Positions 56,609-64,000 of a DNA stretch of 64,000 nt are shown in pieces. Made by a program: the position numbers and the translations under genes. The stretch's first letter is position 1. Each line of letters starts with the position of its first letter. The notes below the pieces were generated by a model. The model saw only the letters and a list, made by a program, of their open reading frames with translations. It ran no database searches and was not told the DNA's origin. The DNA lies in the IMG/VR virus record IMGVR_UViG_3300027963_000035, positions 1 to 64,000 of that record. One strand, 5' to 3'.

Positions 56609-56871
56609 ATATGACTCCTAATTATGAAAAAATTATTTATTATTTAAATTTAGCTTATGCTAATTGCGGAGATTCATTTAAAGCAGAAGATATTAAACAT
56701 TCTATTAAATTATTAATATCTAATGTTAATCAACTGGATATTAAAAACAAAAATAAGATAAAAAAACAACAACAGGAAGTAAATAAGCCTGGTAATAAAT
56801 ATAAATATCCTGTAGAATCTATTCAAGCAATAGATGAAATGATAGAAAAAGAAAAGAGAGAAAATTTATGA
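56602..56871 (+). CDS. Hypothetical protein
   Basis: 89 aa ORF coupled to the terminase. Confidence 0.55.
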   Translation: MVNMTPNYEKIIYYLNLAYANCGDSFKAEDIKHSIKLLISNVNQLDIKNKNKIKKQQQEVNKPGNKYKYPVESIQAIDEMIEKEKRENL

Positions 56872-57404
56872 GTTTCCACTTAATGAAGATAGATAATTTT
56901 TTAATTTTAGACAAAAATAATAAAGTTAGATATCAGCAAAGAGATATCAAAAACACTTTTCACCAACAAGGGGAAGAATACATCCTCAATGCTTTATTCA
57001 AGGGTTCAGAGAATCTGGTTACTAACGGTTATTATATTGGGTTGGACGCCAGACCCACCTTAAATAGAACAGATACTCTCAGCAATATAATTGGCGAACC
57101 ACTGGTTCAAGGAAACAACTATCAGCGACAGAACGTTTCTTTTTTGAATTGGCAAATAATCAACCCTAATACTTCTGCAACCACCACTGCGTCACCGACT
57201 CTTACTCCTTATTATGCAAAAAGTGGCCCCGTTATTTTTTCATCTCTAAATTCTGGATGGAACTCTGTCACTAACATATTTCTAGCAACAACTATTGGTA
57301 GCGGAGGCAAGTTGATTTCATCTGCTACTTTGGGAACAACAGTTTCTGTTGCTATTGGTGAGAGCGTTGTTATGGAGATGAGCATTAGTCTGTATGATTA
57401 CTAG
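56868..57404 (+). CDS. Putative virion structural (tail/baseplate-type) protein
   Basis: GEEYILNALF...YYIGLD...YQRQNVSF...W...VIF...IFLAT pattern. Confidence 0.55.
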   Translation: MSFHLMKIDNFLILDKNNKVRYQQRDIKNTFHQQGEEYILNALFKGSENLVTNGYYIGLDARPTLNRTDTLSNIIGEPLVQGNNYQRQNVSFLNWQIINPNTSATTTASPTLTPYYAKSGPVIFSSLNSGWNSVTNIFLATTIGSGGKLISSATLGTTVSVAIGESVVMEMSISLYDY

Positions 57405-57447
57405 GCCAACTCAATGTTTAAATCGATTGAGGCCGAAAAATTGATTA

Positions 57448-59604
57448 TTATATTCTTTGATAACAATTAGATAACCCCACCTCAAGATTTGCTGTCCCAC
57501 TATAACTAGGGGGTTCGCAATCGCACCCTGCCAAGAAGCAAGTCATTCGGTCGGTGCCCAAACTGCCGGCAGTACTTTCCCAATGTGCGAATCCAATATA
57601 AGGTATTCTCCATATCCATTCGCACATATCTGGACACTCTGGTGGGAGGGCTTCACATTTACAATCTTTGCCTCGTTTTTCATTTTCTTTACAAGGTGGG
57701 AATCTGGGCTTCCCAGATGCGTCTTTTGCTTCATCGCAAGGACAATAACAATCAAGGTCGTCCCATAAAGGTTTTCCTCCCACTTTCGGACAGTCTTCTT
57801 TTCTTACCGCATTGGATGCCCCGGGAGCATAAACCGTGTTATCACAATCACAAGCGCATTTTCCTATGTCAAACTTAAATCCTTTAGATTCACATTTTTC
57901 TTTAATTTCATCTTTGGGGCAGACGCACATACAATAATCATCTTTTTTATAGTTTTTATTTAGAATTTTTTTGCAATCTGGAGAATCCGGATTTGATACA
58001 CACTTACACTTACACTCAGACTCATCCCATACAGCAGAACCAAGTTCATTGACATAATTGCAATAGACACACCTGCCCATACACTCAGAATATCCGAAAC
58101 CTTTAACACTTACCTCGCCCGGTGGAAAATCCCCATATCCAGGAATTTTACCTTCACTAGGGTCTGGCCATGGATCGCCCGGTTGCCAATCTCCCCAACC
58201 ACCTGCTGGAGGACAACACTCTCCTTCTTGACCAGGTTCGGCCCATTCTGGCGGTATATTCAATGGTCTTCTGGGGCCTCCGTCTGGGCACGGCGGAAGA
58301 GGGAGATTTTGATTATCGCTGCTATAGGTGATACCAGAAACAATAAAATTAAAACTATTTAAAAGCAAATAGTGTGTGGCTCCTGATGGGCCTAAAGCAT
58401 TTAATGAATTATCTGCTTGAGTTATTATTTCATTAATATCACCTAATAAATCTGAATTACTAAAAGTAAGATCTGCAGAAAACACGTCTCCAGCAGCCCA
58501 TCTTCCTAATATTGAATCTTCATTCATGGTTCCGCTGAAAAAGGTTGTGTTTCCATTTTGGGATGGAATTGTTATGATGCTTGTTGTTGTGAATGAACCC
58601 GAGCTTCCTCCAAAGAAAGAGAAACTCCCGTTCATTTTTGTGAAATTTTCTGAATTTTTTAATTGACTCGGCAGGAAATCATTAGTAAGCAAGTCTGCGT
58701 CACCAGTTAAATTAAAACTAATATCATTTATCATAAGATTCTGTAGTTGATCTGATGCTGGCTTGTAAACTTTTATTGATATTTTGTCTGATGTTGAAGA
58801 AGTGTTTATATCATAAATATCATCAAGAATCTTGATGCTCAATAATCCTCTGAATGTGTCTATGACAATTGGTGGTCCAACTGTTGTTGTTACTATAACT
58901 TGATCTAAATAAATTTCTAATATATTGTTTCCAGGATTGGTTACCGATATGTTTTCTTGATATGTTTCAAACCCATCGGCAGATATTATTAAATCAAATT
59001 GAAGAGGTTCTTCTAAACATGGTTTTATACTATCTCTTACTCCTATGCATACCATGTTGTTATGAGGAATAAAATTATTATTTAATAAATCTAAAAATGA
59101 ATCAGGATAATCTACTCCTCCCCATTTTATATTTTGTATATCTACGGAAATATTTTCTGGTATGATATTATTGTCATTCCTGACCACTAGTGTTATGGTT
59201 GTTTTTGGGAAATCATAATTATTCATTTCTACTTCTATGTTTATTAGTGTACCTTGGTTTTGATCTAATATAATTTCATTATCAAATTTTTCAAACCATA
59301 ATACTTGATTTTCTTTATTTGTTACATAATATCCTTTGATATTAACTGTTTGTCCTAAATTTTTCCATATTATTCTATTTTTATATTTATATTTTATATA
59401 ATTTGCTGGGGTTTGATTCGTTGGTTCCCATAATAGTGGATTTAAAAATTTTGGAGAATAACCAATGAACGATGCTTCTTCAAATTCAATAGAAGATGGA
59501 ATATCCTCACAATCCAAAAGATCATTTATGAATAATTTTGCGGTTAAGTTGGTTGAATTTAATAATTCTTTTAATAATTTTGAATTTAATGGTATTGTGC
59601 TCAT
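57448..59604 (-). CDS. Putative virion protein with a Cys-rich C-terminal repeat region
   Basis: N-terminal ~235 aa paralogous to 59607..60356; C-terminal CxC repeats. Confidence 0.7.
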   Translation of the reverse strand: MSTIPLNSKLLKELLNSTNLTAKLFINDLLDCEDIPSSIEFEEASFIGYSPKFLNPLLWEPTNQTPANYIKYKYKNRIIWKNLGQTVNIKGYYVTNKENQVLWFEKFDNEIILDQNQGTLINIEVEMNNYDFPKTTITLVVRNDNNIIPENISVDIQNIKWGGVDYPDSFLDLLNNNFIPHNNMVCIGVRDSIKPCLEEPLQFDLIISADGFETYQENISVTNPGNNILEIYLDQVIVTTTVGPPIVIDTFRGLLSIKILDDIYDINTSSTSDKISIKVYKPASDQLQNLMINDISFNLTGDADLLTNDFLPSQLKNSENFTKMNGSFSFFGGSSGSFTTTSIITIPSQNGNTTFFSGTMNEDSILGRWAAGDVFSADLTFSNSDLLGDINEIITQADNSLNALGPSGATHYLLLNSFNFIVSGITYSSDNQNLPLPPCPDGGPRRPLNIPPEWAEPGQEGECCPPAGGWGDWQPGDPWPDPSEGKIPGYGDFPPGEVSVKGFGYSECMGRCVYCNYVNELGSAVWDESECKCKCVSNPDSPDCKKILNKNYKKDDYCMCVCPKDEIKEKCESKGFKFDIGKCACDCDNTVYAPGASNAVRKEDCPKVGGKPLWDDLDCYCPCDEAKDASGKPRFPPCKENEKRGKDCKCEALPPECPDMCEWIWRIPYIGFAHWESTAGSLGTDRMTCFLAGCDCEPPSYSGTANLEVGLSNCYQRI

Positions 59605-59606
59605 TG

Positions 59607-60356
59607 TTAGCCAGGTTCTTGAGTTGTTGTGGTTGGTTCCTCTGTTGTGGTTGTTAGATTAATTTCTATAAATTTATTTCCAACTTCTTCTATTATTATG
59701 TTTTCTTTATATTCGCTATAACCGATGGCTGTCACAGTTATATCAAAACTCAATGGATCTCCGTGGCAAATATTTATTGTATTATCAACACCTATGCACA
59801 AGATATTTTGATTGGGGGTCCAATCACTTTCCATCAAATCCATTAAAGCATAAGGATAACTTACACTTCCCCATTTAATATTATCTATAAATATATTAGT
59901 GTTTTGTGGTTTATCTATATCTCCTTTGACTACTATTGTTATTGTATTTTTCGGATAATCATAATTATTTAAATAAACCCTAATATCCACCAGGACTTTT
60001 TGATTTTGTTGTAGTTCTATTGAGTTATCAAATTTTCCAAACCAAAGCACTTCGTTTTTACCATTGGTTACAAAATATCCATTAATGACTTCACTTTGGG
60101 CAATATTTGTGTTTCCCCAAATTAAAGATTCTTGGTAATCGCATTGTGAATAATTATTAGCTGCAATATTCAATTTCCATAAATTTGAATTTAATAATTT
60201 AGAAGAATATCCATTAAAAACTGGTTCCTGGAATTCAAAATCCAAAGGCAGGTCCTCACAATCTCCGAGATCGTTTGTGAAAAGTTTGGCTTTATATTCT
60301 CCTGAAGACAATAGCTCTTTTAGAGTAACGCTTTTTGTTGGTATTATTGCACGCAT
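59607..60356 (-). CDS. Putative virion protein, paralogue of the N-terminus of 57448..59604
   Basis: LKELL...AKLFxNDLxDCEDxP...GYSxKxLN...W; Thr-rich tail. Confidence 0.7.
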   Translation of the reverse strand: MRAIIPTKSVTLKELLSSGEYKAKLFTNDLGDCEDLPLDFEFQEPVFNGYSSKLLNSNLWKLNIAANNYSQCDYQESLIWGNTNIAQSEVINGYFVTNGKNEVLWFGKFDNSIELQQNQKVLVDIRVYLNNYDYPKNTITIVVKGDIDKPQNTNIFIDNIKWGSVSYPYALMDLMESDWTPNQNILCIGVDNTINICHGDPLSFDITVTAIGYSEYKENIIIEEVGNKFIEINLTTTTEEPTTTTQEPG

Positions 60357-60376
60357 AATATAACATATATAGACTT

Positions 60377-60823
60377 TTATGTTATTAAAGATTCCATCAA
60401 ATTTTCAATTTTTTGTATTTCTACACTATGGATTAGGTTTATGTATTTTCGATCATATGATCTAAAATATAGCCATTCTGCTCCTCCATCTTTTATGTCT
60501 AAAAGTGATATTACACTTGGGGGATTACTTGTTTTATTAAAAAACTTTTTAATTTTTGCCGGCATTGTCCCAACATCTTCTTTTTCCTGTAATAAAAAGA
60601 TATCGTAACCATCTCCATTTACTTTTATATTTCTAAAAACACTTTTATATGGATGTATACGATACCGGCAAAATATCTCTCTACCAGGTTCCGACGTCTT
60701 TTCCCCTGAAAACCAAATTGGAAAATTACTTCCAATTACTTCTATTGCCTTTTTATTATTAAGGTCATATCTTTGATTTCGGTCTAGAAATATATTGTGG
60801 CTAATAGAAAGTATTTGTGACAT
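60377..60823 (-). CDS. Hypothetical protein
   Basis: 148 aa ORF. Confidence 0.6.
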   Translation of the reverse strand: MSQILSISHNIFLDRNQRYDLNNKKAIEVIGSNFPIWFSGEKTSEPGREIFCRYRIHPYKSVFRNIKVNGDGYDIFLLQEKEDVGTMPAKIKKFFNKTSNPPSVISLLDIKDGGAEWLYFRSYDRKYINLIHSVEIQKIENLMESLIT

Positions 60824-60838
60824 AATATATAATATATT

Positions 60839-61714
60839 ATGGAAAAATACTTTTTAACCTTATTTTTAATTTTAAATATATTTAATATTGCTGCCGCCCG
60901 TGAATTAGGCAATATTGACAACATGCAATTGGTCAAGCCTATTCCTTTGAATAGGACCATAGAACTCTATGGTGCGCCAGTAGAACAAAGAGGAATAGAG
61001 TATAGGAAATATTTATCCGCTTCTTTAAAGATAAGTGTAAATGATGGTGCTGGTTCGGGTACCATTATATTTTATGACAAAAATAATAATACAGCATATG
61101 TTGCAAGTTGTGGTCATTTGTGGCAACCCGGTGTTTTAAGCTCTGATAAAGCCAAAGAAAAAAGAATAACTTGTAAGGTTATTACCTGGTATCACAATGA
61201 TACTAAATTAGAATCTCCAAGAAGCTATGAATCAGAATTACTCTTTTATAGTTTTGTGAATGGTTGCGATACTTCGCTTATTAGCTTTCATCCTGATTGG
61301 GAGCCTGAATATTTTCCAATAGCTCCAAAAGATTATGTTTATAAAGAGGGCGATATGGTTCACTCTCTTGGTTGCGATGCTGCAAAAGAAGTTGCTCACT
61401 ATAATGTTGAAATAGTAAGGCTTGAAGACCAAGATTTGGTAACAATTAGGAATTCACCAAGACCAGGCAGAAGTGGCGGTGGATTAATGGACAATAATGA
61501 TTATTACATTGGAACTTGTTGGGGAACAACAGACATAGATGGAAGTGGACAAGGATTTTTTACCCCATTATCTGTAATACATGACTTTTGGTCTAAAAAT
61601 GGGTACTCTTGGTTGCTTGTAGGAGCTGATGCAAAGAAGATTAAAATAGTAGATGGATTTAATAGAAAAACAATTAATGAAGATTTGGTATTAGTGCCAA
61701 AGTTGGCGTTTTAG
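60839..61714 (+). CDS. Secreted trypsin-like (S1) serine protease
   Basis: Signal-peptide-like N-terminus, GSGTII, SCGHL (His), DTSLI (Asp) and PGRSGGGL (Ser). Confidence 0.88.
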   Translation: MEKYFLTLFLILNIFNIAAARELGNIDNMQLVKPIPLNRTIELYGAPVEQRGIEYRKYLSASLKISVNDGAGSGTIIFYDKNNNTAYVASCGHLWQPGVLSSDKAKEKRITCKVITWYHNDTKLESPRSYESELLFYSFVNGCDTSLISFHPDWEPEYFPIAPKDYVYKEGDMVHSLGCDAAKEVAHYNVEIVRLEDQDLVTIRNSPRPGRSGGGLMDNNDYYIGTCWGTTDIDGSGQGFFTPLSVIHDFWSKNGYSWLLVGADAKKIKIVDGFNRKTINEDLVLVPKLAF

Positions 61715-62466
61715 CTTGATCTATACCAAGTGCACATTTTTCTAAAGTCGCATCTATTGCAATGATTTCCAACTCTTCCTCTTACTAATTCTGGGTCTTT
61801 CTCCACTATATTGTTGTAAGTATCCAACAATAAACTTTCTGCATTTATTAGCATGTTTTCATTGAATTTAGTTGGAACTATATCTCCTCCATCCAAATAA
61901 TAAAGGGCCGCCCTTATATTTTCTGGTTTTATTCCAAAATTCTTTTGAACCACCCTAGCGTAACAAAGAAGCTGGATGTCTTTTCTTATGGTGTCTGAAT
62001 TCTTTCTCCAAAATCCTTTTTTTGTTGTTTTATAATCTATAATAAAACATTTTTCATCTTTTATTAAGATTCGGTCTATAACACCTGTGACAAATTTTTC
62101 TTTTGGTGGCTCGAGATCATACTTAAAAAAGTATTCTGTTTCTCCATCGAATCCAATTCTGTCATTTAATTTTTTAATATTTGTTAGATGTTCTTTTAAT
62201 TTATTTTTATAATCTTTTGTTAGTTCTACTTTCTTATTTTCAAGGAGCAATTCTCCCTTTAAATATGGGTGTAAAAAACTCTCTATCTCCACTTCTCCCT
62301 TGTTTTTCACGTATTCTTCTGCTATCTTATGGACAAGTTTTCCGTATAAAAAGTACTCTGGTTCTGGTTCGGGTGACTTGATTTCAAGGTGGTATTTATA
62401 TTTGTATGCTTGTTCGCATTGATCCCAAAGTTGTTTTCTGCTAACTGATATGTGTTGTATTTTCAT
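61711..62466 (-). CDS. PD-(D/E)XK RecB/Cas4-like exonuclease
   Basis: C-x-x-x-Y...GKLVH...GVIDRI...IIDYKT...QL...CNRCDFRKMC. Confidence 0.9.
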   Translation of the reverse strand: MKIQHISVSRKQLWDQCEQAYKYKYHLEIKSPEPEPEYFLYGKLVHKIAEEYVKNKGEVEIESFLHPYLKGELLLENKKVELTKDYKNKLKEHLTNIKKLNDRIGFDGETEYFFKYDLEPPKEKFVTGVIDRILIKDEKCFIIDYKTTKKGFWRKNSDTIRKDIQLLCYARVVQKNFGIKPENIRAALYYLDGGDIVPTKFNENMLINAESLLLDTYNNIVEKDPELVRGRVGNHCNRCDFRKMCTWYRSS

Positions 62467-62491
62467 AAATATATTATAGTATAGTCTAAAC

Positions 62492-63550
62492 ATGAGTGAT
62501 ATTTTTGATAACTTTAAGAAGTGGGCTGAAAAAGCACTGGGCGATATAGTTGTTCACGGATCTGAGATCAGAGTTAATTCTGTTTTCGCAGAAGATTCAA
62601 AGCACCATTTGTGGTGCTCTCCCTCTGGCGGTAAAACTAAAAGAAAGAATGGGGTATTCCATTGTTTCAAAACCGATAAGAAGGGAAGCCTGGTAAAATT
62701 AATAAAGATAGTAGATAAGTGTTCTTATGAAGATGCCTATCTCACATTAAATGGCAGAAGCAGTATAAGAGAGCTGGAGGATAAACTTTATGACTTCTTT
62801 GATAATTTGGATGATGACCAGGAATCTCCTAGTAAAGTTCAAGAAAAAAAGACAATATCCCTCCCAGAGGGAAGTAGCTTAATAAATAGTTTACCAAAAA
62901 ATAATTTTTGGAGAAATTTAGCCGTTGAGTATCTAGAGAAAAGAAAGATACCCACTGATGGCCTATACATCTGCAGAACCGCACCATATAAAGCTAGAAT
63001 AGTTATTCCTTACTATGATAGAGATGGAGACTTATTCTATTTTAATGCTAGGCATATTGGTAAGTCTAGCCTCAGATACCTGGGGCCAGATAAGAGTATA
63101 GGTATTGGTAAAGGTGATGTTTTATTTATGGCCGGTGGAAGTTGGCCCGATAAAGATAATTTCGTCTATGTGTGTGAGGGAGAGTTTGATGCTTTGAGTA
63201 TTTTCCACTCTGGGTTAAACTCAATTGCATGTGGTGGAAAAAACCTTAGCGAAAAACAAATGTCTTTGATAAAAGACTATAAAATTGTAATCTGCTTAGA
63301 TAATGATAAAGCGGGTCTCCAGGGCAGTACATCAATGAGTATGATGGCTAGCCAGAACATGCAAACAAATGGATCCGACCAAAGACTGATGTTTGTCAGT
63401 CCGCATAAGCTGTATAAAGACTGGAATGAAATGTATGTTAAAGAGGGGCCAAGGATACTTAAAAATTATATTTTGGCCTCTAGGAAAAATTTAGATTTCC
63501 AGGCACCATTCGGGACGGGCGGAGACTATTTTAAGATCAAAACAATATAA
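62492..63550 (+). CDS. DNA primase (Zn-binding plus TOPRIM)
   Basis: FHCFKT, RIVIPYYD, VCEGEFDALS and CLDNDKAG. Confidence 0.92.
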   Translation: MSDIFDNFKKWAEKALGDIVVHGSEIRVNSVFAEDSKHHLWCSPSGGKTKRKNGVFHCFKTDKKGSLVKLIKIVDKCSYEDAYLTLNGRSSIRELEDKLYDFFDNLDDDQESPSKVQEKKTISLPEGSSLINSLPKNNFWRNLAVEYLEKRKIPTDGLYICRTAPYKARIVIPYYDRDGDLFYFNARHIGKSSLRYLGPDKSIGIGKGDVLFMAGGSWPDKDNFVYVCEGEFDALSIFHSGLNSIACGGKNLSEKQMSLIKDYKIVICLDNDKAGLQGSTSMSMMASQNMQTNGSDQRLMFVSPHKLYKDWNEMYVKEGPRILKNYILASRKNLDFQAPFGTGGDYFKIKTI

Positions 63551-63561
63551 AGGAATTGATT

Positions 63562-63927
63562 ATGGACTTGGAAAAATTTAGGTATTTTATAGGTAAGCCA
63601 ATAACTGTATTCACTGTTCATATAGGAAGGAAGTTTACAGAAAATCAATTCAATGATTATTTTACTGGCATATGTCAATCGGTTCATATTGATGGAATAG
63701 AAACCTTGCACCCAATAACAGGTTGTAAAAACTTTTTCTTTTTTAGTAATATTGTTGGGATCTGCGAAGAGCAGCAACTAGACCCAGATAATCCTGAGCA
63801 TCAGGAGATAATAAGTGAATTCAATAATAATAAATCTGAAAAGCCAGTTGATAAAAACATAGTCTTCAACAATGGAGATAATATAGATATTAATAATTTA
63901 AATATGCTTTTAAAGCCACAGAGGTAA
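63562..63927 (+). CDS. Hypothetical protein
   Basis: ORF follows the primase; AAGGA Shine-Dalgarno. Confidence 0.6.
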   Translation: MDLEKFRYFIGKPITVFTVHIGRKFTENQFNDYFTGICQSVHIDGIETLHPITGCKNFFFFSNIVGICEEQQLDPDNPEHQEIISEFNNNKSEKPVDKNIVFNNGDNIDINNLNMLLKPQR

Positions 63928-64000
63928 TTAGAAATCAAAATCAAAATCTGGGTTTTCTGATTTTAATTTATCTATTGCTTTTTTAACTGCCTCGGGAGAG

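Noticed and set aside
61711-62466. Cas4 indicating a CRISPR-Cas locus
   Set aside because: No cas1/cas2 or array nearby. It sits next to the primase, as expected for a phage recombination/replication exonuclease.
1-64000. Stop-codon reassignment (as in some large phages) and tRNA genes
   Set aside because: Long conserved genes read intact in the standard code and end in TAA, TAG or TGA. No tRNA cloverleaf was recognised.

Overview
This is a 64 kb slice of a large, AT-rich, T4-like tailed phage genome (myovirus/jumbo-phage type, standard genetic code). The T4-like head and packaging genes are present but scattered: portal gp20 with an intein (11.5-14 kb), gp21/gp22/gp23 (38.7-41.8 kb, minus strand) and terminase large subunit gp17 (54.8-56.6 kb). 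Also present are a DNA primase, a PD-(D/E)XK exonuclease, two HNH endonucleases and several tail-fibre/adhesin cassettes. Accessory genes include two sulfotransferases, glycan-modifying enzymes, five non-head proteases, a patatin, an LpxH-like hydrolase, a ferritin-like protein and a DUF3445-like protein. Four signals stand out. (1) An ORF-free, ~910 nt, densely paired RNA with many GNRA loops (26934-27843) has its own promoter and terminator, and its leader resembles a bacterial rRNA operon (UP element, 16-bp spacer, GC-rich discriminator, boxB-boxA). It is a candidate giant ornate ncRNA (GOLLD/ROOL-like or a new class). (2) Fourteen otherwise unrelated ORFs share a T4 capsid-targeting-sequence-like N-terminus, including a nucleotidyltransferase-exonuclease fusion. 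(3) A possible virion glycosylation/sulfation system pairs a plant GT95/GT96-like transferase with many Thr/Pro mucin-like linkers. (4) An A13 tract splits a TPR-FkbM-GT25-methyltransferase fusion. No tRNA, rRNA or CRISPR array was seen. All family calls come from motif recognition by eye, not from database searches.
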